The position numbers and the translations under genes were made by a program. The notes beneath the pieces were generated by a model. That model had not been told where the DNA came from, made no database searches, and saw only the letters and a program-made list of their open reading frames with translations. A DNA stretch of 64,000 nt from an uncultured Actinomycetes bacterium (lineage in GTDB: Bacteria; Actinomycetota; Acidimicrobiia; IMCC26256; DASPTH01), in contig CAVWLR010000007.1 of the NCBI GenBank assembly GCA_963755855.1, positions 62,984 through 126,983 of the forward strand, given 5' to 3'. Positions within the stretch are counted from its first letter, which is position 1; each line of letters begins with the position of its first letter. Positions 10,228 to 20,478 of the stretch are shown one piece after another.

Positions 10228-12430
10228 TCAGCGCCCTCCGACGCCGGTCGATTCCTCGGCGGTGAGCCGCTCCAGCTCTGCGTCCACATCGGGTCCGGCC
10301 TCCACGTGGAGGCGCGGGATGATCCGGTCGAGCCACTTGGGGAACCACCAGTTGCGGTCGCCCAGGAGCTCCATCGTGGCGGGCACGAGCACCATGCGCA
10401 CGATGGTGGCGTCGACCAGGATCGCCACCGACAGGCCGAGACCGAACAGCTTCACCGTGGTGGCGTCGCCGAGGATGAAGCTCCCGAACACGCACACCAT
10501 GATCAGGGCGGCGGCGGTGATCACCCGCGCGGTCGAGGCCAGGCCGTCGGCGACGGCAGAGGCGTTGTCGCCGGTGCGGTCGTACTCCTCCCGGATGCGC
10601 GAGAGCAGGAAGACCTCGTAGTCCATCGACAGCCCGAAGAGGATGGCGAACATCATCATCGGGATGAAGGGCGCGATGGGTCCGGTCTGCTCGACGCCGA
10701 GGATCCCGTTCCCCCAGCCCCACTCGAACACCGCAACGACCACGCCGTAGGCGGCGCCGATCGACAGCAGGTTCATGATCACGGCCTTGAGCGGCACGAG
10801 CAGGCTGCGGAACACCGCCATCAGCAGGAGGAAGCTCAGCACGAGCACGGCGCCGATGAAGATGGGCAGGCGCGACGCCAGGCGTTCCGACACGTCGATG
10901 CTCGACGCGGTGAGCCCGCCCACGTGCACCTGCACATCGGTGCCGTTCGTCGCCGCGGGGATCACGTCGTCGCGCAGGTGGTTCACGAGGTCGGTGGTGG
11001 CGACCGACTGGGGCGAGCTCTTCGGGATCACGCGGATGACGGCGGCGTCACCGGAGGGACTCGGGGTCGGCCCGACCACCGCGGCGATGTCGGGGGTCCG
11101 TTGCAGGCGGGTCGCCAGGTCGTCGAGCGCGGCGGTGTCGGTGCCCTTCGGGAACTCCGCCGCCAGCACGAGCGGACCGTTGAACCCCGAGCCGAAGCCC
11201 TCGGCGACGAGGTCGTAGGCCTGACGGGAGGTGTCGCTCTTCGGGTTGCCGCCGGCGTCGGGGAACGCGAGGCGCATCGACAGCAGCGGGATCGCGAGCA
11301 GCAGGAGGATCGCGAGACCACCGATGGCCGCAGGCCACGGGCGGCGCTGGACCACGCGGCTCCAGCGGTACCACATGGTCTGCTCGGTCGGCTTCGGCTC
11401 CTTGTGCCGGCGGACGGAGAAGCGGTCGATCGTCCGGCCGGCGAACCCGAGGAGCGCGGGGAGCAGCGTGATCGACGCCAGCATCACGATGGCCACGGTG
11501 ATCGACGTGCCCAGCGCCATCCCGTTCACGAAGTCGACGCCCATCAGGAACAGGCCCAACAGCGAGATCACCACGGTGGTGCCGGCGAACACGACCGCCC
11601 GGCCGGCGGTGTCGATGGCGCGGACGACCGCGTGCTCGGGCGGGAGCCCCTCGACCAGGCCCTGGCGGTAGCGCGTGACGATGAACAGCGCGTAGTCGAT
11701 GCCGACGCCGATGCCGATCATCGACGCGAGCTGCGTGGCGAAGTCGGGGGTCGCGATGGTGTGGCTCAGCAGTTGCACGAGACCGAGCCCGATGCCGATG
11801 CCGAAGAGCGCGACGAGGATGGGGAGTCCCATCGCGAGCAGGGAGCCGAAGGCGACCAGCAGGATGACGATGGCGGCGAGGATGCCGATCAGCTCGGCCG
11901 GGCCGATGCCTCCGGGTTCCTGGAACATGCGCCCACCGAGCGCGATCTTCACGCCACCGCCGACTTTTGGCGTCGTCCTTGAGGGTGCGGATGTGCTCGA
12001 TGGTGGAGTCGGGGATCTTCGACGCCTGCTTGTCGAACTGCACGGTGGCGTAGGCGATGTCACCGCTGCGCGCGACCTGGCGCGCGCCGTCGGTGGAGTA
12101 GGGACTGACCACGGAGGTGACGCCCGGGACCTCGGCCACCTCGGCGAAGAGCTTCTCCATGCGCGCCTGCACGGCGGCGTCCTGGACGCCGCCCGCACCC
12201 TCGCCGGCGTGCGCGAAGACGATCTGGCCCTCGTCCCCCGCCCGGGCCGGGAAACGGGTCTCGAGCAGCTGCGCGGCACGGGCCGATTCGGTGTCGTTGA
12301 GGGAGAACCCCTGCGAGAACGAGGCCCCGACGTTCGACCCGATCACGCTGACGGCGACCAACGCGACGATCCAGAGCACGACGACGCGCTTGCGCCGTCG
12401 GTAGCACCAGGCAGCCAGTCGTTGCAGCAC
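10228..12430 (-). pseudogene. MMPL-family (RND-type) membrane transporter, one frame break near 11960
   Basis: The N-terminus MLQRLAAWCYRRRKRVVVLWIVALVAV... (ORF 11048..12430) joins ...VGGGVKIALGGRMFQEPGG... (ORF 10228..12279). The break lies in an AAAA run. There are two 6-TM bundles with large loops. Confidence 0.85.
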
Positions 12431-12461
12431 TCGGTCTCCTCCCGTATGATGGATTCACCAA

Positions 12462-12484
12462 TCATTGGTTGACCCAACCATTGA
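12462..12484. promoter_or_regulatory. Imperfect inverted repeat, candidate MarR operator in the MMPL/MarR divergent region
   Basis: TCATTGGTTG-acc-CAACCATTGA (9/10 arm matches) lies in an AT-richer island between the divergent starts. Confidence 0.4.
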
Positions 12485-12503
12485 AGTTAGCACAGGAGTT
12501 CGC

Positions 12504-12965
12504 GTGGCTCGCACCGGGGGGAACACGAAGGAGTCGGTGGCGGAGAGTGAACAGCTCTCACGCGACGTGCTGCGTCACCTGCTCGGAGTGATGCACGCGA
12601 TGAAGGACCACGTCGCCGAGCTCGGAGCGGCGTTCGACCTGTCGCCTTCACAGCTGACCGTGCTCCGCCTCCTCGGTCAGACGCGGTCGCAGCGCGAGCT
12701 GGCCGACTGCATGCACGTCGACGCGTCCAACGTCACCGACATCGTCGACCGACTCGAGGAGCGGGGACTGGCGGTGCGAACGGTGGACCCCGCCGATCGC
12801 CGGGTGCGACGCATCGTGCTCACGACCGAGGGGCAGGAGCTGCAACGCAACCTCTTCAAACAGGCGCTGGCGTCGGCGCCGATAGCGTCACTGGACCCGC
12901 TCGAGCAGCAGACCCTCTGCGAGCTGCTCGGCAAGATCGCCGAGCCTGCGGACCTGCCGTTCTAG
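12504..12965 (+). CDS. MarR-family transcriptional regulator
   Basis: GTG 12504 lies 5 nt after AGGAG. ORF-track start 12465 overlaps the operator. The winged-helix segment is LSPSQLTVLRLLGQTRSQRELADCMHVDASNVTDIVDRLEERGL. Confidence 0.85.
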   Translation: MARTGGNTKESVAESEQLSRDVLRHLLGVMHAMKDHVAELGAAFDLSPSQLTVLRLLGQTRSQRELADCMHVDASNVTDIVDRLEERGLAVRTVDPADRRVRRIVLTTEGQELQRNLFKQALASAPIASLDPLEQQTLCELLGKIAEPADLPF

Positions 12966-13601
12966 CTACGACCAGAGGTCGACGAGCTCGTCGGTGGTCG
13001 TGATCTTGGCGACGAGCGAGAGCGTGTTCTTGATGATCACGTCGGTGTAGTCGACCGGGTACCCGGTGATCGCGTCGCGCGGGATCACCACGTTGAACCC
13101 GAAGTTCACGCAGTCGAGCGTCGCGTTCGGGATGGCGACGTTCGTCGACACCCCCGCGATGACCACCGTCTTGGCACCCAGGTTGCGGAGCAACGTGGGC
13201 ACGTCGGTGCCGTTCACCGGCGACAACCCGCCGATGCGGGTGGACACGAGGTCGCTGTCGGCGGTCTCGATGCCGTCCATGAGCTCGGTGCCCGGACCGC
13301 CTGGCGTCATGGGACCGGGACCGGTCGGCGGCTCGCCGTCCTTGGACCGCGTGCCCTGGAAGAGCGGCGCGTTGGTGCTCGCGCCCCGACGGTCGTCCCG
13401 GGTGGCGGCGATGCAGTGCAGGATGCCGCACCCGGCCGCGCGCCCGGTGGTGACGAGCCGGTTCACGTTCTCGACCAGCCCGATGGACCTGGCCGAGTCG
13501 GCGAGCGCAGGAAGGAGGCTGAAGTCGCCGATGACGCCCTTCTGGCACTCCTGCGTCAGGACGACGGTCGATTCGGGGACGACGAGCTCAGCCAGCTTCA
13601 T
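12966..13601 (-). CDS. Isochorismatase-like (cysteine hydrolase family) protein
   Basis: Start MKLAELVVPESTVVLTQECQKGV. The family-typical segment TVVIAGVSTNVAIPNATLD lacks an obvious Cys at the usual nucleophile position. Confidence 0.7.
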   Translation of the reverse strand: MKLAELVVPESTVVLTQECQKGVIGDFSLLPALADSARSIGLVENVNRLVTTGRAAGCGILHCIAATRDDRRGASTNAPLFQGTRSKDGEPPTGPGPMTPGGPGTELMDGIETADSDLVSTRIGGLSPVNGTDVPTLLRNLGAKTVVIAGVSTNVAIPNATLDCVNFGFNVVIPRDAITGYPVDYTDVIIKNTLSLVAKITTTDELVDLWS

Positions 13602-14562
13602 GCTGGGAAGGTATCGCTCCTGCCACCGCTCGCGCCTGTTCTCGCGCCTCCTCACGTCGGGTCTTCACGATGCTCGCGACGATGGCACCGACGATGATCG
13701 CGACGATCACCCCGAGCGACGCCATCGTCGGGAAGTGCCACCAGTGCGACACGATCATCTTGAGCCCGACGAACACCAGGATGGCCCCGAGCGCGTGGGC
13801 GAGGTAGTGGAAACGCTCGCGCGCGTCGCCGAGCAGGAAGTACATCGCGCGGAGACCGAGGATCGCGAACGCGTTCGACGCGAACACGATGAACGGGTCA
13901 CGTGACACCGCGAGGATCGCAGGCACGCTGTCCACCGCGAACACGACGTCGGTCACCTCGACCACCACCAGCGCGGCGAGCAGCGGCGTCGCCACCCACT
14001 TCAATGCTTGCCCCGGCCCGGCGCGTTCCTTCACCACGAAGTGCTGGTCGGCGAGCTCCGAGCGCACGGGGAGGAACCGGCCCAGCAACTTCACCGCGCG
14101 GTCGTGACCGTGCTGCCCCTCGTTCTCCTTGTGGCGCAGCACCTTGAACCCGGAGAAGAGGAGCACGACACCGAACACCAGGAGCATCCACCAGAACTCC
14201 TCGATCAACGCGGTGCCGGCGAAGATGAAGATGGCGCGCATCACCAGCGCGCCGAAGATGCCCCAGAACAACACCCGGTGCTGGTAGCGGGCGGGGATGG
14301 CGAAGCTGGAGAAGATCACCGCCCACACGAACACGTTGTCGATGCTGAGCGACTTCTCGATCACGTAGCCGCTCAGGTACTCGGAGAAGGAGTCGCCGCC
14401 CTTCCACACCAGCACCACGACCGCGAACCCGAGACCGCACGCCACCCACGCCGCCGACTCCACGAGCGCGCGCTTGGCGGTCGGCTCGTGGTTGCCGCGG
14501 TGCAGCAGCAGATCGACCGTGAGCAACGCCACGATCACTGCGATGAGTACGACCCATTCCAT
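13588..14562 (-). CDS. TerC-family integral membrane protein (putative Mn2+/metal exporter)
   Basis: Intact 324-aa ORF from ATG 14562. Multiple TM helices. The segments EKSLSIDNVFVWA and AVDSVPAILAV are repeated TerC motifs. Confidence 0.9.
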   Translation of the reverse strand: MEWVVLIAVIVALLTVDLLLHRGNHEPTAKRALVESAAWVACGLGFAVVVLVWKGGDSFSEYLSGYVIEKSLSIDNVFVWAVIFSSFAIPARYQHRVLFWGIFGALVMRAIFIFAGTALIEEFWWMLLVFGVVLLFSGFKVLRHKENEGQHGHDRAVKLLGRFLPVRSELADQHFVVKERAGPGQALKWVATPLLAALVVVEVTDVVFAVDSVPAILAVSRDPFIVFASNAFAILGLRAMYFLLGDARERFHYLAHALGAILVFVGLKMIVSHWWHFPTMASLGVIVAIIVGAIVASIVKTRREEAREQARAVAGAIPSQHEAG

Positions 14563-14571
14563 CGAGGTGTC

Positions 14572-14710
14572 CCTTCGAAACCCGCCCGTACGAGCGTGAT
14601 CGGTTTCGAAGGTCTCTCCCACCGCTCGGCACGAGCGGCACGGGCGCCGGGCCAGCACCGAGGCTGACCGTGATGACGACGACCCGTAGACGGGATACTC
14701 CCCTTCTCGG
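14572..14710 (-). promoter_or_regulatory. yybP-ykoY (Mn2+) riboswitch with SD-sequestering expression platform
   Basis: Minus strand: GAGAAGGGGAGUAUCC ... GGUGGGAGAGACCUUCG, followed by the 11-bp hairpin CCUUCGAAACC/GGUUUCGAAGG covering GAAGGGA 7 nt before the terC ATG. Confidence 0.65.
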
Positions 14711-14713
14711 ACC

Positions 14714-14719
14714 ATTGTA
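14714..14719 (-). promoter_or_regulatory. -10 box TACAAT for the riboswitch-terC transcript
   Basis: TACAAT on the minus strand, 5 nt upstream of the first G of the riboswitch P1. No convincing -35. Confidence 0.35.
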
Positions 14720-14785
14720 TCCGGCTGCACCGAGCCCGACGCGGTCCCCGGGCGCCCCGACGAGCGTTTGCGTAGGGTCGGAACC

Positions 14786-15793
14786 ATGACGACGAGCGAC
14801 ACGTCACACGAGTTCTCGGCCCGACGCGTGGTCACGGGCCTCGACGCCGACGGCACCGCGGTGATCCGGTCCGACGCCGAGCCGCCGAACACGATCCGGG
14901 CCAACGGCTTCGGCGTGGCGACGTGGCTGTGGCTCGACGGCCCGGCCGCGACCGTCGACGACGGCGGCGACGAGCCCGGCGGTTCGATCCGCCTCGAGCC
15001 GCCCGTCGGAGGGTGCTCGGTGCGGATCATCCGGTTCCCGGGTGCGCGGGAGGGCGGCGGCGACTGGATCCGGGTGGAGGGCGACGATCCCGACGAGCCG
15101 GGCATGCACGCCACCGACACCCTCGACTTCATGGTCGTCGTCGAAGGCCGCATCGCGCTCGGGCTCGACGACGGTGAGCACGAGCTCGGGCCCGGCGACG
15201 TCGTCATCCAGCGCGGCAACCGCCACCGGTGGCGCGTGCTGGGCGACGAGCCGTGCACCTACGCGGTCTGCATGCTGCGCCCCGACCCGAACGCGCCCCC
15301 ACCGTCCGAACCCCAGCAGCTCGCGACCAGCACGGACGGGGACGGTCCGCGCCGGCTCGTGGCCGCCACCCACACCGGGGGCGACGATGCGGGACGCTCG
15401 TACGCGCTCGCCGACGGCACGCCCCCGTCGGCCATCGGCGGCGGCGGCACGGCCCTGGTCGAGCTCTGGCAGACGGGCGGCGCAGTCGGCTCGCCCGACC
15501 AGGGCGGCGACCCCGCGGGCGCCTGGGAGCTGGAACCACGAGGTGGCGGGATCTGCTTCCGGACCGTCGAGCATCCACCCGGGTTCGACCCCGGTGACGC
15601 GGGGTGGCACACCACTGCGACCATCGACGTCGACATCGTGCTGTCCGGCCGGCTCGAGCTCTCGCTCCCCGACCAGCCCCCCGTGGTCCTCGGTCCGGGC
15701 GAGGCCGTCGTGCAGCGCGGCACCCACCACCGGTGGCGCCCGGTCGGCGACGAGCCGGTCGTCTGGGCCGCGCTGATGCTCGCTCTAGGGTGA
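14786..15793 (+). CDS. Bicupin-domain protein
   Basis: Two repeats of the same module: ...GDVVIQRGNRHRWRVLGDEPCTY... and ...GEAVVQRGTHHRWRPVGDEPVVW.... ATG 14786. Confidence 0.7.
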   Translation: MTTSDTSHEFSARRVVTGLDADGTAVIRSDAEPPNTIRANGFGVATWLWLDGPAATVDDGGDEPGGSIRLEPPVGGCSVRIIRFPGAREGGGDWIRVEGDDPDEPGMHATDTLDFMVVVEGRIALGLDDGEHELGPGDVVIQRGNRHRWRVLGDEPCTYAVCMLRPDPNAPPPSEPQQLATSTDGDGPRRLVAATHTGGDDAGRSYALADGTPPSAIGGGGTALVELWQTGGAVGSPDQGGDPAGAWELEPRGGGICFRTVEHPPGFDPGDAGWHTTATIDVDIVLSGRLELSLPDQPPVVLGPGEAVVQRGTHHRWRPVGDEPVVWAALMLALG

Positions 15794-15799
15794 CCAGCC

Positions 15800-16561
15800 A
15801 TGTTGCACGACATGCTCCTCGCTGAAGACCGCGACCGCGTCCGCCTGCTCACGTTCAACCGCCCCGACCGCGCCAACGCGTTCAACGAGGAGCTGTACCA
15901 CGCAGCTGCCGACGCGCTCCGCGCCGCTGCGGTCGACGACGACGTCGCGGTGGTCGTCTTCACCGGCGCGGGCAAGGCGTTCTGCGCCGGCACCGACCTG
16001 CTCGAGATGGCGCAGACCGTCGACGCCGGCGCTGGGGGTGAGCCGGTGACGCGCGACGGCTTCCCCGCGTTCGTCGACGTGCTGCAGGAGTTCCCCAAGC
16101 CCCTCGTCGCCGCGGTCAACGGTGCCGCGGTGGGCCTCGGCTTCACCATGCTCGCCCACTGCGATCTCGTCTTCGTCTCCGACAACGCTCGCCTGCTGGC
16201 ACCGTTCACGAACATGGGCGTCGCCCCCGAGGCCGCGAGCAGCTACCTCCTGCCGCGCCGCATGGGTCGTCAACGCGCGTCGCTCTCGCTGTTCACCTCC
16301 GACTGGATCTCCCCCGCCGACGCGGTCGCCACCGGTCTCGCCGTGCAGCAGTGCTCGCCCGAGTCGCTCGTCGAGGAGACCATGGAGCTGGCGACGCGCA
16401 TCGCGACGAAGTCGTTGCCGTCGCTCATGGCGACCAAGCGCCTGCTGCTCGACGCCGAGCGCGAGGGCATCGCCCGCGCCCGCACGCTCGAGAACCAGGC
16501 GTTCGCGGAGCTGCTCGCGCTCCCCGACGCCAAGGACGGCGTGCTCGGCCAGCTGGATTGA
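15800..16561 (+). CDS. Enoyl-CoA hydratase/isomerase
   Basis: Intact 253-aa ORF with VVVFTGAGKAFCAGTDL and AAVNGAAVGLGFTM. Confidence 0.85.
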   Translation: MLHDMLLAEDRDRVRLLTFNRPDRANAFNEELYHAAADALRAAAVDDDVAVVVFTGAGKAFCAGTDLLEMAQTVDAGAGGEPVTRDGFPAFVDVLQEFPKPLVAAVNGAAVGLGFTMLAHCDLVFVSDNARLLAPFTNMGVAPEAASSYLLPRRMGRQRASLSLFTSDWISPADAVATGLAVQQCSPESLVEETMELATRIATKSLPSLMATKRLLLDAEREGIARARTLENQAFAELLALPDAKDGVLGQLD

Positions 16562-16603
16562 CCACCTGGGTTGATGGGCACCCGATCCGGGCACGAACGG
16601 GAC

Positions 16604-16882
16604 ATGCCGAACACGAAGAAGCTGGCCTGGCAGGGCGTGGCGATCGCGTCGGGCGCGCTCGCCGCGACCGCGGTGCGTCGTGCCGCCGTCACCACGTGGC
16701 GCACCACCAAGCACGAGGATCCGCCCGACAACCCGGTCGCGCGCGACGTGAGCTGGCCCGACGCGCTGACGTGGACGATCGCGGTGGCCGTCGGCGCCGC
16801 CGTTGCACGCGTCGTCGCCCAGCGCGGCGCGGCCGCCGCGTGGGAGAAGGCGACCGGCGATCCTCCGCCGATCGCGAGCTAG
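16604..16882 (+). CDS. DUF4235-like small membrane-associated protein
   Basis: MPNTKKLAWQGVAIASGALAATAVRRAAVTTW... resembles DUF4235 as I remember it. The ORF-track start is 16571. Confidence 0.5.
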   Translation: MPNTKKLAWQGVAIASGALAATAVRRAAVTTWRTTKHEDPPDNPVARDVSWPDALTWTIAVAVGAAVARVVAQRGAAAAWEKATGDPPPIAS

Positions 16883-18570
16883 CGGCTGCTCTCGCTCTCG
16901 AGCAGGTGCTTCATGACCTTGCCGGTCTGCGTGTAGGGGAGCGCGTCGCGGAACTCCACGTACGTCGGCACCTTGAACGCGGCGAGGCCCTCGCGCACCC
17001 AGACCTGCACCTCGTCGGGCTCGAGTGACGCGCCTTCGCGCAGCACCAGCACCGCCTTGACCTCCTGGCCGAGCGTGCGGTGCTCGACCCCGATCACCGC
17101 CGCATCGGCGATGTCCGGATGCTCGACGAGGCGGTGTTCGATCTCCATCGGGTAGATGTTCTCTCCCCCGCGGATGATCAGGTCGCGCATGCGGCTCTCG
17201 AGCCAGAGCACGCCGTCCTCGATGCGGCCGTAGTCACCGCTGTGGTACCAGCGTTCGCTGTCGAGCACCTTGGCGGTGGCCTCGGGGTCGTCCCAGTAGC
17301 CCTGGAACACCACTCCGCCGTGGAGGCAGATCTCCCCGACCTCTCCCTCGGGGAGGACGGTGCGGTCCTCGCTTCCTTCTCCGGACCGGATCTGCACCTC
17401 GAGCGTCGGGTACGGGGCGCCGACCGACTCGCGGTGCGTGAAGTAGCGCTCGCCCGAGAGCAGCGTGCCCGCGCCCATCGACTCGCTCATGCCGTAGCCG
17501 TTCGACAGGTTCGCCGACGGGATCTTCTCGTTGAGCACCCGCATGAGCTCGGGCGGGTACGGCGCACCACCCGACGACACCATCGTGAGGCACGACAGGT
17601 CGAACGAGTCGAAGTCGGGGTGCTCGAGCATCCGCCAGAACTGCGTGGGCACCCCCGACCACGCCGACACGCGGTGCTCGGCGGTGAGGCGCAGGTGCAC
17701 CTCGGGATCCCAGCGCCCCGGCGGCGGGAACACCAGGGACGAACCGAAGCGCGACCCGGTCATGAACAGCGGCGCGGTCCCGGAGATGTGGAAGAACGGC
17801 GTGGCGCAGATCGACGCCGGCGGAGGCGCGTCGGGAGCCGGCGGCGGGACGTGGTTGAGCAGCATCGTGACGACGCGGCCGTAGGCCATCGCCGACCCCA
17901 TGTGCACGAGGTTGCGGTGCGTGAGCGTCGCGCCCTTGGGCCGACCCGTGGTCCCCGACGTGAAGAGGATCATGAACGGGTCGTCCTCGTCGATGGCACC
18001 GCCGTCTCCGAGCTCGGGCAGCGACGCCTCCGGGTCGGCGTCGACGTGCAACATCGGCGTGCCCTCGATGCCGACCTCGGCCAACCGCTCCAGGCGCACC
18101 TCGTCGCCGAAGAGCACGGTCGGCTGCGTCAGCTCCACGCCGTAGGCGAGCTCGGACCCGGTCCACCAGCCGTTGAGCCCCACGATGATCGCGCCGAGGC
18201 TCACGACCGCCAGCTGCGCGAGCGCGTAGTCGAGGCTGTTGGCACTCGCGAACGCGACCCGGTCACCCTTGCCGATGCCGTACTCGTCGACGAGCACGCG
18301 CGCGATCGCACCTGCACGCGCGGGCACCTGCTCGAACGTCACGGTCTCATCGGGAAAGACGAGGTACGGCCGGTCACCGAAGGTCTCCGCGCTGGTCCGG
18401 AGCACCTCGACCAGGTCGTGCGGCCGCTGCACGAACACCTCGCACTCGGCACCCAGCACCATCTCGGTGGTGCGCTCGAACATCGCGCCCGGACCGCACA
18501 GCAGCTCGCGCTGCTCCGGCGTGAGGCGTTCGTCGTCGGTGTTCCGGAGCGTGAAGCCTTCGCTGCTCAC
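16879..18570 (-). CDS. Acyl-CoA synthetase (AMP-binding, FadD-like)
   Basis: The GTG start overlaps the upstream stop (GTGA at 18567-18570). Contains ILFTSGTTGRPKGA, GYGMSES and the C-terminal GKVMKHLL. Intact for 563 aa. Confidence 0.9.
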   Translation of the reverse strand: MSSEGFTLRNTDDERLTPEQRELLCGPGAMFERTTEMVLGAECEVFVQRPHDLVEVLRTSAETFGDRPYLVFPDETVTFEQVPARAGAIARVLVDEYGIGKGDRVAFASANSLDYALAQLAVVSLGAIIVGLNGWWTGSELAYGVELTQPTVLFGDEVRLERLAEVGIEGTPMLHVDADPEASLPELGDGGAIDEDDPFMILFTSGTTGRPKGATLTHRNLVHMGSAMAYGRVVTMLLNHVPPPAPDAPPPASICATPFFHISGTAPLFMTGSRFGSSLVFPPPGRWDPEVHLRLTAEHRVSAWSGVPTQFWRMLEHPDFDSFDLSCLTMVSSGGAPYPPELMRVLNEKIPSANLSNGYGMSESMGAGTLLSGERYFTHRESVGAPYPTLEVQIRSGEGSEDRTVLPEGEVGEICLHGGVVFQGYWDDPEATAKVLDSERWYHSGDYGRIEDGVLWLESRMRDLIIRGGENIYPMEIEHRLVEHPDIADAAVIGVEHRTLGQEVKAVLVLREGASLEPDEVQVWVREGLAAFKVPTYVEFRDALPYTQTGKVMKHLLESESSR

Positions 18571-19433
18571 TGCAGCTTGAGCACGCGCTCCGCGTTCTCG
18601 CGCAGGAACTTCGGCCACACGTGGTCGCGGAACGGCACCTGCTGCATGTCGCCCATGATGCGCTCGAGCGAGAGACCCATCGGGAAGTAGCCCGCGTAGA
18701 TCACCTTGTCGGCACCGCGCGTGTTGGCGTAGTCGATGATCGCCTTCGGGTAGTGCTTGGGCGCGAACGCGCTGGTGCAGTAGTGCAGCCCCGGCCACTT
18801 GAGCATGAGCTTCACCGCGAGGTCCTCCCACGGTTCGCACCCGTGCCGGGTCACGAACACGAGCTCGGGGAAGTCGTACATCACGTCGTCGATGTACTCC
18901 ACCTTCTGCGGATCCATCTTGAGCCGCGGCCCCGGGACGCCCGCGTTCACGAAGGCGGCGATGCCGAGCTCCACGCACTTCGCATAGATCGGGTACATCT
19001 GCGGAGCGTTGATGCGGATCTGCGGGAACAGACCGCACGGGAAGATGTCGACCGCGCGGATGTCCCACTTCTCCTTGGCCTCGGTGATGCGGGACAGCGA
19101 ACCCATGATGTCGTTGGGGTCGACGCTGAGGCCGGCGACGAAGCGGTCGGAGTGCTGCTCGATCGCCCGCTGCGAGGTCTTGTTGCCCAGCCCGATCAGG
19201 CCCTTCTCGACGTTGTACTTGTCCATCTCGGTGAGCGTCACCGAGATCGGGTCGGCACCCGACTCGAGCTCGTCGGGCACGTCCTTGAACATGTACTCGA
19301 CGGGGAACGAGAACTCACCCTTGGACTCGGCATCCTTCGTCTGCTTGGTGATGAATTCGTAGGTCGCCTTCTTGTCTTCCATCGGGAACCCGATCATGCA
19401 GTCGATGATCGGGACGTCGGTGGGCATCGCCAT
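18567..19433 (-). CDS. PF04909-type amidohydrolase
   Basis: Intact 288-aa ORF. Second member of the family seen at 1364-2566. The family call is from overall resemblance and is less motif-anchored than for that gene. Confidence 0.8.
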   Translation of the reverse strand: MAMPTDVPIIDCMIGFPMEDKKATYEFITKQTKDAESKGEFSFPVEYMFKDVPDELESGADPISVTLTEMDKYNVEKGLIGLGNKTSQRAIEQHSDRFVAGLSVDPNDIMGSLSRITEAKEKWDIRAVDIFPCGLFPQIRINAPQMYPIYAKCVELGIAAFVNAGVPGPRLKMDPQKVEYIDDVMYDFPELVFVTRHGCEPWEDLAVKLMLKWPGLHYCTSAFAPKHYPKAIIDYANTRGADKVIYAGYFPMGLSLERIMGDMQQVPFRDHVWPKFLRENAERVLKLQ

Positions 19434-19472
19434 GGGTGCTGTCTCCCCCTGCTCGCGTCGAGTGCTGGATCG

Positions 19473-20396
19473 TTACTTGATCGGACCGAACACCATGCCG
19501 CGGTGGCGGGTCTGGAACAACTCCGTGTCGATGGTCATGCCGAGCTTCTCGGCGTCCCACGGCTTGCCGTCGCAGCTCACGTCGGCGCGCTCGTACCAGC
19601 CGCCCATCCAGATCAGCTTGTCGTGGATGACCCGGAGGACCTGGCCCGTCACGTGGTCGGCCTCGTCGCTCGCCAGCCACGCCACCACCGGTGAGCTGTT
19701 CTTCGGGTCCATCGGGTTCCACTCGCCCTCGGGCACGTCGTTGGGCTCGAACGCGTCGCCCGCCCCCGGCATGGTCGCGGTGATGCGGGTGAGCCCGGAG
19801 GGCCCGATGCAGTTCGCGGTGACGTTGGCGCGGTAGAGCTCCTGCGCCAGCGTGAGGGTCAGCCCGACGATCGCCGCCTTGGCGGTGGCGTAGCCCGTCT
19901 GCCCGAAGTTGCCGCCCAGGCCCGCGCCGGACGTCGTGTTGATGATCCGACCGTGGAGCGAGTCGTCGGTCTTGGCGCGGTCGCGGAAGTACTTCGACGC
20001 GAAGTGCGACGTCGACCACGTGCCGCGCACGTGCACGCGCATGACGAGGTCCCAGTCGTCGACCGGCATGTTCCAGATGGCGGCGTCGCGCACGATGCCG
20101 GCGTTGTTCACGAGGATGTCGAGCTTGCCGAAGGAGTCGATCGCCTGCTGGACGAGCTCGCCGCACTGGTCGTGGTCGCTCACGTCGCCGTAGTTCGACA
20201 CCGCCTCACCGCCGGCGTCGGTGATGAGCGTGACCGTGTCGTCGGCGGCCTTGCCCGTTCCCTCGCCCCGCTCGCTGCCGCCGAGGTCGTTGACCACGAC
20301 CTTGGCGCCGTGCCGGGCCATCTCCATCGCGTGGCCCCGGCCGATGCCGTGGCCCGCGCCGGTGACGATCGCTACCTTGCCGTCGAGCAGCCCCAC
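19473..20396 (-). CDS. SDR, MFE-2/17-beta-HSD-like hydroxyacyl-CoA dehydrogenase type
   Basis: GTG 20396. Contains VTGAGHGIGRG, VVVNDLGG and the catalytic GYATAKAAI. Confidence 0.85.
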   Translation of the reverse strand: MGLLDGKVAIVTGAGHGIGRGHAMEMARHGAKVVVNDLGGSERGEGTGKAADDTVTLITDAGGEAVSNYGDVSDHDQCGELVQQAIDSFGKLDILVNNAGIVRDAAIWNMPVDDWDLVMRVHVRGTWSTSHFASKYFRDRAKTDDSLHGRIINTTSGAGLGGNFGQTGYATAKAAIVGLTLTLAQELYRANVTANCIGPSGLTRITATMPGAGDAFEPNDVPEGEWNPMDPKNSSPVVAWLASDEADHVTGQVLRVIHDKLIWMGGWYERADVSCDGKPWDAEKLGMTIDTELFQTRHRGMVFGPIK

Positions 20397-20460
20397 GGCT
20401 CCCCCTGTGCTTGAACCGGTGCGTCCGGTGAGTGCGTGCGAATCTGACGGGTCGTCAGGC

Positions 20461-20478
20461 GGCGGATTGTATATTCCG
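20461..20478. promoter_or_regulatory. Shared 18-nt promoter/operator motif GGCGGATTGTATATTCCG (copy 1)
   Basis: Contains TATATT on the plus strand, 7 nt before GTG 20483, and TACAAT on the minus strand facing the SDR operon. It matches 31552-31569 (reverse complement) at 17 of 18 positions. Confidence 0.45.

Noticed and set aside
10306-11982. 558-aa plus-strand ORF
   Set aside because: Antisense to the MMPL transporter. The translation is dominated by Arg, Asp, Gly, His and Glu runs.
17080-18690. 536-aa plus-strand ORF
   Set aside because: Antisense to the intact acyl-CoA synthetase 16879-18570. No motifs.
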